From positions 2,432,001-2,496,000 of the forward strand of contig OY760907.1 of assembly GCA_963664195.1 (NCBI GenBank): 64,000 nucleotides of DNA, given 5' to 3'. Below, piece after piece: positions 32,358 through 42,032 of the stretch. The translations under genes and the position numbers were made by a program. The notes beneath the pieces were generated by a model. That model was not told the DNA's origin, searched no databases, and worked only from the letters and a program-made list of their open reading frames with translations. The stretch comes from an uncultured candidate division Zixibacteria bacterium (GTDB lineage Bacteria > Zixibacteria > MSB-5A5 > GN15 > FEB-12). Position 1 is the first letter of the stretch. Every line of letters starts with the position of its first letter.

Positions 32358-33802
32358 TGTTCCGGTCTCCCTGGCAAGTTGATCGTTATGGTCGTCCCAC
32401 GTCCCTTTTCTGACGCCACTATCATTTGTCCCCCCAGCTCAGCGATTGACTTATCCACGATAGCCAGCCCGAGACCGGTACCCTTCTTTTTGGTCGTGAA
32501 ATAGGGCAGACGTGCCGATGACAGCGTTTCCTCGTCCATGCCCGAGCCCTCGTCACTGACCGCGACACTCACCTGGTTTTCACCGGTCGTCGTCAGCAGC
32601 AGACTGATACGGTGGCCGGGCGGAGTGGCATCGATGCTGTTCTGGAGGAGGTTGTGCAATACTTCTCTCAGGTATGCCTCATCAGTGACGGTGTTTACGT
32701 CCTCTTCCGGCAATTGCATGTCAAATCGATGATCCTTGAGTTTGTCCTCGTAAAGACTGGCCACCGAAAGGATCAGGGCACGGAGGCTCACTGTCTGAAG
32801 TTTTGGCGGCGGCAGTTTGGCCAGGTGAGAGAACCGTTCTGCCAATTGAGTCAGATGCCTTACTTCTTCAGACGCCGCCCGCAAGGGCTCACGTATGTGC
32901 TCCCAGGAATCCGTATCCGCGAGTTGCTTCTCGATCCGGTATAGTGAAACCAGAATCGGCTGCAGGGGGTTCTTCAACTCATGGGCGAACCGCCGGGCCA
33001 CCTGTCGCCAGGCGGCGACGCGTTCAGTCTGTGCGAGGCGGGTGGTCGTTTCATCGAGGGCCGCGGCCATCCGGTTGAAATTCTCGATGAGCGAACGGAT
33101 TTCGGCGTCACCGTCGACCGCAATCTCCTGTCTGAAATCGCCTCCCGCGATACTTTTCGAGGCGCTGCTAAGAGCGCTCAACGGACCGGCCAGATTGCTC
33201 GACACTCTGCGAGAGAGGAACCATGCGGCGCCGAACATCAGGCAGACCAGCACAAGAAACAGTCCCCCTACAAACGTAACGTAAGTCGAGTACAATTCTC
33301 GTCGCACCGACCGTGCAGTGTAGTCCCTCTGTACCTGATTCAGGGCGAACGTGAAACTTGAATCATACACTATACCGGCCAGCAGAATCTGTCCAGGGCC
33401 AAGCACCCGTGATACGTACTGAACGTAATTATCCCCCGACGCCATCATGCCGTGGTCTTTCTCTCCGGAAGCCACACTGAGTCGCTGGACGGTCTCGGGA
33501 TTGAGCAGGCTGTCCTGGATGACCGTCCGAGTCTGATCGATTTCCTTGACGATGAGGAAATCCATCAATGCTGTCGGCGCCTCGCCAGTTGCAAGGTATC
33601 TGTCAACCGCACCGTTCAGATCACGAAACAAGTACTCGTGGTAGAAGTCTGTTACTTCCGAGATGTCACCGTGGGACTCCGGATCGGGTTGCATCGGTGC
33701 CTCGACCGAGAGGTAGTATCCAAACGCCGTCAACAATACTGCCGGGACAGCCGCAAAGAGGAGAAGGAGGCGGAAGAGTCTGGCCCGAAACGAGGTCTGC
33801 AT
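32354..33802 (-). CDS. HAMP sensor histidine kinase (NtrY-like)
   Basis: Two TM segments, HAMP, AWRQVARRFAHELKNPL, GTGLGL. Confidence 0.93.
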   Translation of the reverse strand: MQTSFRARLFRLLLLFAAVPAVLLTAFGYYLSVEAPMQPDPESHGDISEVTDFYHEYLFRDLNGAVDRYLATGEAPTALMDFLIVKEIDQTRTVIQDSLLNPETVQRLSVASGEKDHGMMASGDNYVQYVSRVLGPGQILLAGIVYDSSFTFALNQVQRDYTARSVRRELYSTYVTFVGGLFLVLVCLMFGAAWFLSRRVSSNLAGPLSALSSASKSIAGGDFRQEIAVDGDAEIRSLIENFNRMAAALDETTTRLAQTERVAAWRQVARRFAHELKNPLQPILVSLYRIEKQLADTDSWEHIREPLRAASEEVRHLTQLAERFSHLAKLPPPKLQTVSLRALILSVASLYEDKLKDHRFDMQLPEEDVNTVTDEAYLREVLHNLLQNSIDATPPGHRISLLLTTTGENQVSVAVSDEGSGMDEETLSSARLPYFTTKKKGTGLGLAIVDKSIAELGGQMIVASEKGRGTTITINLPGRPEQ

Positions 33803-33821
33803 CGTTCTCACCGGAAATCGC

Positions 33822-34394
33822 CTATCGGTTCTTACGGCAGCGGTTGTTGTAATCGGCGAGGGCCTTGTGGTGCGATTCGAAGGCAATCTTGTCAGGGAGA
33901 TCGTCGAAGCTGAAGAAACGGACGTCAAGAGCGTCATCTGCCGCTCGAAGTTCGCCACCCACGCGTTTTGCCAGATACAGCAACAGAATCGAATTGCTGC
34001 GTGGGTCGTCGCTGCCGCTGTAAACTTCGAAGAATCCGTTCAGTTCGACAATCAACCCGGTCTCTTCTTCAAGCTCGCGTACTGCCGTTTGTTCCGGGTG
34101 TTCACTCCACTCCATGAAACCTGCCGGAATGCACCACCAATTGATCTTTGGCGGGTGCGCCCGTTTTACCAGCAGAATCTTATCGTCTTCGACGATGATG
34201 GCCCCCGCGGCAGGAACCGGGTTCTGGTAGAAGATGTACCCACAACCCTCTTTGGTACAGAACATGCGTGTGAGACCATCCCGCAGACCCTCGGTGAGAG
34301 GAGAGCCGCAGAGGGGACAGTATTTGAAACCACATCGCTTGTTTTTGCGCGCAAACAGCTTTTCGGCATCGAAATTGGCGTACTTATTGTTCAT
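33822..34394 (-). CDS. zinc-ribbon Nudix hydrolase
   Basis: CPLCG...C-x4-C..YQNP; Nudix box GFMEWSEHPEQTAVRELEEETG. Confidence 0.93.
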   Translation of the reverse strand: MNNKYANFDAEKLFARKNKRCGFKYCPLCGSPLTEGLRDGLTRMFCTKEGCGYIFYQNPVPAAGAIIVEDDKILLVKRAHPPKINWWCIPAGFMEWSEHPEQTAVRELEEETGLIVELNGFFEVYSGSDDPRSNSILLLYLAKRVGGELRAADDALDVRFFSFDDLPDKIAFESHHKALADYNNRCRKNR

Positions 34395-36648
34395 TCCCAG
34401 ACCTCCGACTAGTCATTTTGAGGGCTATTGCTGTTGTGTCGTCCTTCGGCGGACTGGTCGGGTCAAACCTGCGCACGTCAACCAGCAGGTCACTGAGAAT
34501 CGTCTGAGGATCTTTGTCCCGTCGATCTACAATGAATTGCTGGATCCGGTCTTCTCCGTACTCATTGTCATCGGAATCCATTGCCTCGGAAAGCCCGTCG
34601 GTAAAGAGGAACAGAACGTCATCGGATTCAAGTTGCACGCAGGCGGATTCGTAGTCGACGAACGGGAAGGCGCCGATAATCGGCCCGCCGACCTGCAAGT
34701 GGGAGACTTGCCCGTCCGGTTTTACTATCAGCGGGTAATTGTGTCCGCCGTTGGCGTATTCAAGCTCCCCGGTCTCGAGGTCCAGCTCAGCGTAGAACAG
34801 CGTCACGAATTTCTCCGCAGAGCTTGACTGCGCCATCTGCGTGTTCATGTTTCTCATCATGTCAGGAATCGGCGTCCGGTTGTGAACCTCGCTTCGGATG
34901 ATCGCCTGAATCTGTGCCACCATGAGAGCTGCCGGCATGCCTTTGCCGGAAGCGTCGGCAATCACGATTCCCAGCCGGTTCTTTCCGGGTATCTCGATGA
35001 AATCATAAAAGTCACCCCCAACCTTCCGCGATGGAGTCGAGTGCGCGGAAATTTCCGAACAATGCAGGATTGGCGGACTCGACGGCAGCAGGTTGACCTG
35101 GATCTCGCGAGCCATTGTAACTTCTTCTTCCAGACGCATGCGCTCCAGCGAGTCCGCATAAAGACGGGCGTTTGTCAGCGCCGAAACCATCTGGTTGGAC
35201 AGCACGCCCAACAAGTTGAAATCTTCTGCGGTGTATCGATACCCGGCCGCTTTGGTCGTGAGGGCAAGGAACCCCAGCAAGTGCTCCGAGTCTTTCATCG
35301 GAAGGATCACGCGGACCTTGAAACTCTTGAGTATTTCGGCAAGCCTTGAATCATCGTCATAATCCGCGAGATCGGCGAATTGAGTCGGCGTGTCAAGAAG
35401 GTTGATGCCGCGAAGCATCAGGTCTTGTCTGTCTATCACTGTCCGTCGCCGGTGGTCGTCACTCCTGAGAATTGCGTATTCGCTCACACTGTCGTCGTAG
35501 AGAACGAAATAGACATGGTCCACTAACAGGGCTGTCTTGAGCGTTTCTTCGATAGTCTGCCGGAGTTTTTCCGGATCGAATATCGAAATGATATCGCGCG
35601 AAAAACGTTCGATAATATTCCGGTGGTCGGTGCGTGTCCGCATGAACATGCCCCGGATTACGTTGTCAATCCAAACGCTGATCGGCTGGAACAACAGCAG
35701 GAGGAGGACGATGACCACGTAACCGACGACCTCGGCCCGTTCTCCGAAAACCGGCATCAAAAACCGCTCGGTGTTCATCCCCAGCATGATATAGCCGCCG
35801 ACCAGCACGGCCGAAGTGAACGTATAAATCAGCGATTGGCGGAAGATCAACTGCACGTTGAGGAACTGGTGTCGGATAATCGCGTACGATACCGCTCCGC
35901 CGCCGCCGATGATAGCGGCAATCAGCAGGTATGAGGCAACCGCTCCGGCCGTATTCGTGTTCCACACCCACGCGGTGACACGAGCCATTACGTAGAGGCC
36001 CAATCCCAGTCGCATGCCGATCAACACTATTCGTGTCTGGTTCTGCAGGCGGGGGTTGGTCAGGTAGTGCTTGCCGGCCTCGAGAAAGTAGGTCGCCACC
36101 AGGACGTAGCTGAGATTGATACTGCCGAAAACAAACGCTTCATGGGTCCGAATATACGCCGTCAGGATCAGAACCTGTGAGAATGTCCACTCGAACGGTT
36201 GAAGGATCAGCCCCATGAACCCTTCGGCTCTACACGTCTCAACCAGCAGGTCCAGGAAACTGGCAAACTGCGGATAAAACAGCAGCAGGGCCACGTGCAG
36301 GACCTGAGGCAACAGTATCAAGTATCTTAGACGCGCAAACTTGAAGTGCCTGAGGCGGTCAATGGGGAAGACCCATGAGAAAGCGATGAGCGCCGGGAAA
36401 AAGAACTCCCAAACATGGTACAGGTTATACAGCGTCGTCTCACTGACATCCGGCGACCCGGGCGTTGTCCCCTGCAGGACATACCCCAGCGCCAGGGCCA
36501 GCGGTCCGAGACCGGCGAAAAAGAGCATCGCTCCCGTAGTACGATTGGCCCGGCTACTGTAATTGTCCCGGGTAATCGTGATTGCCAGGAAGACCAGGAA
36601 ACCACCGGTTAGAAAGAATATGAGCGTCTGGGTCAGCTCGACGTACAT
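34384..36648 (-). CDS. membrane-bound GAF plus SpoIIE/PP2C phosphatase (RsbU-like)
   Basis: Multiple TM segments; VGGDFYD, ADASGKGMPAAL, FTDGLSE, DDTT. Confidence 0.93.
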   Translation of the reverse strand: MYVELTQTLIFFLTGGFLVFLAITITRDNYSSRANRTTGAMLFFAGLGPLALALGYVLQGTTPGSPDVSETTLYNLYHVWEFFFPALIAFSWVFPIDRLRHFKFARLRYLILLPQVLHVALLLFYPQFASFLDLLVETCRAEGFMGLILQPFEWTFSQVLILTAYIRTHEAFVFGSINLSYVLVATYFLEAGKHYLTNPRLQNQTRIVLIGMRLGLGLYVMARVTAWVWNTNTAGAVASYLLIAAIIGGGGAVSYAIIRHQFLNVQLIFRQSLIYTFTSAVLVGGYIMLGMNTERFLMPVFGERAEVVGYVVIVLLLLLFQPISVWIDNVIRGMFMRTRTDHRNIIERFSRDIISIFDPEKLRQTIEETLKTALLVDHVYFVLYDDSVSEYAILRSDDHRRRTVIDRQDLMLRGINLLDTPTQFADLADYDDDSRLAEILKSFKVRVILPMKDSEHLLGFLALTTKAAGYRYTAEDFNLLGVLSNQMVSALTNARLYADSLERMRLEEEVTMAREIQVNLLPSSPPILHCSEISAHSTPSRKVGGDFYDFIEIPGKNRLGIVIADASGKGMPAALMVAQIQAIIRSEVHNRTPIPDMMRNMNTQMAQSSSAEKFVTLFYAELDLETGELEYANGGHNYPLIVKPDGQVSHLQVGGPIIGAFPFVDYESACVQLESDDVLFLFTDGLSEAMDSDDNEYGEDRIQQFIVDRRDKDPQTILSDLLVDVRRFDPTSPPKDDTTAIALKMTSRRSGNEQ

Positions 36649-36679
36649 CTTTGCGCTTTAGCCTGCACCGTTAGGCGAA

Positions 36680-37099
36680 TCAGATAGCTTTGGTTATGCT
36701 GACAGCGGTGCCCTTGTCGGTGGCACTGATATCAACCTTGTCCATGAGGGACCTGACGATGAAAATACCGCGGCCCACCTCACGCATGAGGTTTTCGTCT
36801 GCCAGCGGATCAGCGATCTTCTCCGGCGTGAAGCCGCCCCCCTCGTCGCTCACCGTGATGACAACCGCGCCGTTCTTGTGCACGATCTTGACCGTCACCG
36901 CTTTGGTCACGGTGGCCTTGTTGCCGTGCATCATGGCGTTGTTGACCAGTTCGGAGACGGAAATCGCAATATCGGCAATGACCGATTCATCGGCTCCGAA
37001 TCCGCGCAGCGTACCCTCGAGGAAAGTATCAACATCCTCCAGGTACTCCTGGTTGGAGGGGACCTTAATCGTGTCTCCGGAGATTACGGGTTTGTCCAT
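36680..37099 (-). CDS. anti-sigma factor Ser kinase (RsbW-like)
   Basis: SELVNNAMMHGN, DEGGGF, GRGIFIV. Confidence 0.92.
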   Translation of the reverse strand: MDKPVISGDTIKVPSNQEYLEDVDTFLEGTLRGFGADESVIADIAISVSELVNNAMMHGNKATVTKAVTVKIVHKNGAVVITVSDEGGGFTPEKIADPLADENLMREVGRGIFIVRSLMDKVDISATDKGTAVSITKAI

Positions 37100-37185
37100 T
37101 CGTGATTCAACTCCAAAAAAACAGGCAGACACTGCCATGTCTACCTGTCGGTGAAAAACATTATTTCTCAGTTACGGCGCACAGG

Positions 37186-37524
37186 CTACTTGAAACTATT
37201 GAGGGCTTCATCCACTGAATCATGCGCTTCAAATACGGTTACCAGTTTGGTGATCGTCAGCAGCGACTGGATCTTCTCCGTCACGTTGGCCAGTTTGAGC
37301 ATACCCTCGTGGTTCCGAAGTGTGGTGTAGCTGGAAATGAGTATACCCAACCCCGTAGAGTTCATCCAGTCGACTTTCGCCAGATCGATGACAATCTTCT
37401 TTTTGTCCTGCTCTATGCATTCGTACAGTTTGTCGTGCAACAGGCTGGCATCCGGGCCGCCCATGATTTTGCCTTTGGGCTCCAGAATGACGACACCGTT
37501 CTCTTCACGATCGCTTAATTTCAT
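37186..37524 (-). CDS. STAS anti-anti-sigma factor (RsbV-like)
   Basis: IDLAKVDWMNSTGLG phosphoacceptor motif. Confidence 0.93.
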   Translation of the reverse strand: MKLSDREENGVVILEPKGKIMGGPDASLLHDKLYECIEQDKKKIVIDLAKVDWMNSTGLGILISSYTTLRNHEGMLKLANVTEKIQSLLTITKLVTVFEAHDSVDEALNSFK

Positions 37525-38073
37525 TCGCTCAGTCTCCCGCTATTACCTATCAGTATCACCTATAAGGTTACTACGCGACTTATTCTGTCAAGTTCCCGCC
37601 GTGGCGGCAGATATTGAGGCGGACCTCACCCCTAACTCATTCGCTAACATATCAATGAGCCTTTTCTTGAGTCGCAAGTCAAGGGGTTTTTGGACCACTC
37701 GTGGCCTGACCCGCTTCGCGATGTACGGAAGGCCAGCCGATCCCCGTGGCGTCACATGACAGCACCGACAGAGGGAGTGTTGTCTTCAGATCGGAGCAAC
37801 ACGTCTCTTTCGAGGCTGACCGTTGCCAATTGGAGAAAGCCGGACGATGCCGGCCCCATCTGAACGCGAGACATCTCACTTCTTCGCGAATCATTCGGAA
37901 CCATCCCGCGGTCACTTGGTATAAGAGAGGAGGGTGCACAGTACCGTTGTTCGTGACTGGTCCAATCGGGCACCCCACGATGCAGGAGACGCTTCAGTAG
38001 AAAACACCGCTAATGGACCGACAGACGTTCTCACTATCAGGATTGGGACATCGGCTAACTTCAGGAGGTGTTA

Positions 38074-38526
38074 ATGAAGCGCTTACGTTTTTTTTCTATT
38101 TTTGTACTACTATTGCTGATCGCCTGTTGGTTCGTAGGGTGTTCGGAGTCGTCAGATAGCGTGGGCCCGGATGCCCTGACAGGTCTGACTGTGGCCGCTG
38201 TCGGTGACTGTGACACCTGCCCGAACGACACGCTGTTCGGCGATACCATTCCCTCGGACACGCTTTCATCGGATACTCTTCCGGTGGATACGATTCCCTG
38301 GGACACGCTACCGTCGGATACCCTTCCGGTGGACACCATCCCCTGGGACACCATTCCCTGGGATACGCTTCCATCGGATACCCTTCCGGTGGATACGATT
38401 CCCTGGGACACCGTTTCTTGGGACACGCTTCCGTCGGATACCCTTCCGGTGGACACCATCCCTTGGGACACCATCCCTTGGGACACCGTCCCTTGGGATA
38501 CACTGCCCGGTGACACGGCCCGCTAG
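38074..38526 (+). CDS. lipoprotein with 21 D-T-x-x-x pentapeptide repeats
   Basis: AGGAGG RBS; lipobox FVG-C; repeats DTIPW/DTLPS/DTLPV. Confidence 0.88.
   Translation: MKRLRFFSIFVLLLLIACWFVGCSESSDSVGPDALTGLTVAAVGDCDTCPNDTLFGDTIPSDTLSSDTLPVDTIPWDTLPSDTLPVDTIPWDTIPWDTLPSDTLPVDTIPWDTVSWDTLPSDTLPVDTIPWDTIPWDTVPWDTLPGDTAR
38212..38523 (+). repeat. 15-nt coding tandem repeat with 60-nt higher-order period
   Basis: GAY ACN at an exact 15-nt period from 38212 to 38512; synonymous variation between units. Confidence 0.92.
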
Positions 38527-38883
38527 AGATTGCCCGTTGGGGCTCTTTGCTGCGGATTGTGTCGTGCATTCATAGAACTCCGAGCCCGGTTCTGGAACAA
38601 GCGGCTGACGGGATCCACAACTCATGCGGTTGGCGATCTCAGGGTCTCTGTATAGAAAACGTCAGATCGGACCACACTGTCAGATGTCATGTCTGGCGGT
38701 GTGGCTTTCTTTTTCTCTGAGCGGCAGGTCTCGTAGGTCAACCGGCATCGCAATGCGTTCTGTGCGCGGCAGACGCCCTCGTCTGCCCGAACTTAGCCTT
38801 CTACGGACACTTTCCCCTTGCCAAATCCGCCCGCATCAATAGATTGCCTACCCTGTAACGCTTGATTCACCGAGGCTAACGCT

Positions 38884-39468
38884 ATGGAAATATATACGGC
38901 TGCTGCCACACTACTGCTCATCATGGATCCGCTCGGGAACATCCCTTTGTTTCTGAGCATCCTCAAGGATATCGATCCCAAACGTCGACGCATAATCCTG
39001 ATACGTGAACTCATTTTCGCGCTGATACTGCTGCTGACGTTTCTCTTCCTGGGGCAGTACGTAATCGATTTCCTGAAACTCCGCCAGGAATCGATCAGCA
39101 TAGCAGGCGGGATCATATTATTTCTGATTGCTCTGCGGATGATTTTCCCTCAGAAGGGGGGTACGTTCTCAGACAAACCGGGCGGGGAACCGTTTCTGGT
39201 GCCGCTTGCGATACCGTTGATCGCGGGACCTTCGACCCTGGCCGCACTTTCGCTGTTGTCACGTTCGGAGCCGGGACGGATCGGCGATTGGACGATAGCG
39301 CTCTTGATAGCGTGGGGTGGAACGGCAGTCATTTTGATGATGTCGAACATCTTCTATCGATTTCTCGGCGAACGCGGCCTGACGGCGATTGAACGCCTGA
39401 TGGGGATGCTGCTCGTGGCCCTGTCGGTGCAAATGCTGCTCGACGGAGTAGCGGTGTATTTGGGGTAG
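38884..39468 (+). CDS. MarC/YhgN (NAAT) family membrane protein
   Basis: IMDPLGNIP; VPLAIPLIAGP; ERLMGMLL. Confidence 0.93.
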   Translation: MEIYTAAATLLLIMDPLGNIPLFLSILKDIDPKRRRIILIRELIFALILLLTFLFLGQYVIDFLKLRQESISIAGGIILFLIALRMIFPQKGGTFSDKPGGEPFLVPLAIPLIAGPSTLAALSLLSRSEPGRIGDWTIALLIAWGGTAVILMMSNIFYRFLGERGLTAIERLMGMLLVALSVQMLLDGVAVYLG

Positions 39469-39588
39469 CGGGGGGCTACCCTGATTCGGCTTTTTGCACA
39501 AAAAACATGGTCAAGCGACTTGACTATGCTACCCTTTTCGGGTTACATTCCACCTGTCACTCCACACAATGTGCAACGGGAGGAAAAC

Positions 39589-41424
39589 ATGCACCACACT
39601 ATCAGATTGTCCCGAATCTCTGCAATCACATTCCTGGCATCGCTAGCAATCATAGCAGTATTGACGAGTTGCAGTGACGATGGCGGCCCCACCGAGCCCC
39701 CGACCAAGCCGCCGGTTGTTGCGGGCTCTGACTGGGAGAAGGTCAGTGGCCCGCTATCTGTTGAAGCAATCACCGATATCTGGGGAGCCAGTGCCAGTGA
39801 CATATTTGCCGTCGGCAGCAGTGGTTCCGTGTTTCATTTCGACGGAAGCAAGTGGGATTCCGTGACTTGCTTCGAGTCGGTGCGCTTCAATGGCGTGTGG
39901 GGCAGTTCAGGTAGCGACGTGTTCGCGGTCAGCAACGACGGCGAAATCTGCCATTTCGACGGTGTCTCTTGGATAATGATGGAGAGCGGCACCGACGAAC
40001 CTTTGGAAGATGTGGCCGGCGACTCCCCGACAAATGTGTACGCCGTCGGGTACTACGGGACGGTCCTGCACTACGATGGAATTTCTTGGACCCCGGTGAA
40101 CACAGGACATGCCGTAGGCTTTCCTGCTGTCAGTGTTCTTCCCTCCGGAACCGTCTTCCTCGCTACCACCAAAGGAATCTTGAAATCAGAGGGGGACGGT
40201 TGGACAGACATATGGCCCCTCGCCGATCGCTGCTTTGCGGGAGTAGTCGGAGTGTCTGATTCCAGCGTCTGGGTCTACGATGACAATGGCACTGTCTACC
40301 ACTGGGACGGTCGCGAGTTCAGTGACGTCTCTGCACACAACAGTTGGCAGGTGAGTGGTATGACTGGTGATGCCACCGGGACAGCTTTTTTGGTGCATTC
40401 CGACGGAACCGTTTACCGCAGGACCGATACTTCTTGGATAGAAATCGGCTGGTTGGGGGAATCCTTCAGTAGAGGAATATGGGCTTCAGACGATTCCAAT
40501 ATCCATGTGACAATGCCCGAGGGGTTTCTGGCCCATTACGATGGCAGCGAATGGACAACCACCGTCAACGGAGCCCCAACCCGTCAGCATCTTCGCGATG
40601 TCTGGTGCAGTCCCGGGAATCAGTTCTTTGTCGTCGGCGATTCGGGACTCATACTCAGATATGACGGTGGTGTATGGGAGGAAATGTCCAGTGGTGTCGA
40701 GGTCCACTTGAACTCTGTCTGGGGTACGGCTGAAGACAACGTCTATGCGGTCGGCGCCTGGCGATTCGAAGACTTCGCCGATGACGATGACGCCGTGGTT
40801 CTTCACTACGACGGGAATGAGTGGAGAAGAGCATTTGAGCCCGATGCGCGAGAGCTGGTGGGAGTCCACGGCTCGTCTGCGAGCAACGTATGGGCGCTCG
40901 GTATCGGTAGCGGCGAGTGTACTGTTGCCTACCGCTTCAATGGGATCTCCTGGCAGCAAGCACTCGATTACACCTACGTGTCGAGTCCACAGGCCGTTTT
41001 CTGCGCCGATTCAACTGCAACGTATGCGGTGGGTTACAGCTTCAGTCTGAAGCACGATGGACAGACTTGGGAAGCGGTAGAGGATTCTCTGGTGCAATCC
41101 TACTATGATTTCTGTGGAGTGTCCGGTTTGTCTGACGACTTCGTTGTGATGTGTACTTCGGAGGGCAGTCTGCTCGTGTTCGACGGTACCTCATGGACAG
41201 AGAATGTCACGCCGACCAATGCCGCTCGCTTCGGTCTCAGCGTTTCGGCCGAAAACGACATCTATGCCGTTGGGTGGGGAGGGGCGATGATCCACTTCGA
41301 CGGAGCTGATTGGACAACAGTAGACGAACTCATGCCAGTGAACTTCAACGCGGTGGCTCAGTCGACCGACGGCAAAGTGTGCGTGGTCGGTGATTACGGG
41401 ACGATTCTGTTGCACGAGGAGTAG
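39589..41424 (+). CDS. lipoprotein with repeated beta-propeller blades
   Basis: GGAGG RBS; lipobox LTS-C; recurring VWG-x4-D/N-V-F/Y-AVG-x2-G-x-V-x-H-F/Y-DG-x2-W units. Confidence 0.85.
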   Translation: MHHTIRLSRISAITFLASLAIIAVLTSCSDDGGPTEPPTKPPVVAGSDWEKVSGPLSVEAITDIWGASASDIFAVGSSGSVFHFDGSKWDSVTCFESVRFNGVWGSSGSDVFAVSNDGEICHFDGVSWIMMESGTDEPLEDVAGDSPTNVYAVGYYGTVLHYDGISWTPVNTGHAVGFPAVSVLPSGTVFLATTKGILKSEGDGWTDIWPLADRCFAGVVGVSDSSVWVYDDNGTVYHWDGREFSDVSAHNSWQVSGMTGDATGTAFLVHSDGTVYRRTDTSWIEIGWLGESFSRGIWASDDSNIHVTMPEGFLAHYDGSEWTTTVNGAPTRQHLRDVWCSPGNQFFVVGDSGLILRYDGGVWEEMSSGVEVHLNSVWGTAEDNVYAVGAWRFEDFADDDDAVVLHYDGNEWRRAFEPDARELVGVHGSSASNVWALGIGSGECTVAYRFNGISWQQALDYTYVSSPQAVFCADSTATYAVGYSFSLKHDGQTWEAVEDSLVQSYYDFCGVSGLSDDFVVMCTSEGSLLVFDGTSWTENVTPTNAARFGLSVSAENDIYAVGWGGAMIHFDGADWTTVDELMPVNFNAVAQSTDGKVCVVGDYGTILLHEE

Positions 41425-41439
41425 AGGGACGTCATGACT

Positions 41440-41523
41440 GTCGAAACCGCAGGGGTTTCGACCTACAGGCTGCAGGCCTCGGCGGGTTCGAAGACGGACA
41501 TTCATGGCGTTGACCCGCCCTAC
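41440..41523. repeat. GTAG-type REP-like pair between convergent genes (copy 3)
   Basis: Reverse complement of 41440-41466 is GTAGGTCGAAACCCCTGCGGTTTCGAC; 41481-41523 resembles 21363-21405. Confidence 0.75.
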
Positions 41524-41539
41524 AAGATGCCAATACCCC

Positions 41540-41569
41540 AAAAAAAACACCCGGTCTTCACAGACCGGG
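41540..41569 (-). terminator. intrinsic terminator of the vor/bfu-like operon
   Basis: CCCGGTCT-TCAC-AGACCGGG hairpin followed by a T-tract on the minus strand. Confidence 0.75.
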
Positions 41570-41597
41570 CGTTTCTATCTCTATCTCAACTCGAACG

Positions 41598-42032
41598 CTA
41601 GGCGCTCTTCGTCTTGGTCTCCGGGATCGGGCGATACTCAAGAGCCTTAGTCGGGCAGAAATGTGCGCAGGCCGGGTCGCCGCCGCACAGGTCGCATTTG
41701 ATCACGAGATTGTTGAACGTGTCATGCAACGAACATCCAAACGGACAGGCCGCGACACATGCCATGCAGCGCACGCACTTGTCGTCGTTGAGTTCCATCG
41801 CGCCCGTCTTCTCGTTGCGCGTGATCGCGTTTACGAGACAGGACTTCTCGCAGGCCGGGTCATCGCACTGAAGACAGGTCACCGGCACCCAGAGTTCTTT
41901 GAAACCGCCGTCGAGCGGATAAATCCGACTCTTGCCGGGTTTCCCGTTGATCGAGTGCGAGAACGAACAGGCCAGTTCGCAGGTGCGACAGCCGATGCAC
42001 AAACCAGGATTTACTACAAAACGATATTCCAT
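41598..42032 (-). CDS. 4x[4Fe-4S] electron-transfer protein (HydN/CooF/DmsB-like)
   Basis: CIGCRTCELAC, CLQC..PAC..SC, CVRCMACVAACP, KCDLC..PAC..FCP; TAATG overlap with the upstream gene. Confidence 0.9.
   Translation of the reverse strand: MEYRFVVNPGLCIGCRTCELACSFSHSINGKPGKSRIYPLDGGFKELWVPVTCLQCDDPACEKSCLVNAITRNEKTGAMELNDDKCVRCMACVAACPFGCSLHDTFNNLVIKCDLCGGDPACAHFCPTKALEYRPIPETKTKSA

Noticed and set aside
37525..38060. About 500-nt intergenic region as ncRNA or small ORFs
   Set aside because: No recognisable tRNA, tmRNA, RNase P, SRP or riboswitch features, and the ORFs look non-coding; an Rfam scan would be needed to exclude an RNA.
38212..38523. Regular short repeats as a CRISPR array
   Set aside because: Contiguous 15-nt units with no unique spacers, synonymous variation and an in-frame lipoprotein context; no cas genes.
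38061..38625. Alternative-frame and antisense repeat ORFs (e.g. 38061-38516, 38096-38569)
   Set aside because: Shadows of the 15-nt repeat; only the plus-strand frame has an RBS and lipobox.
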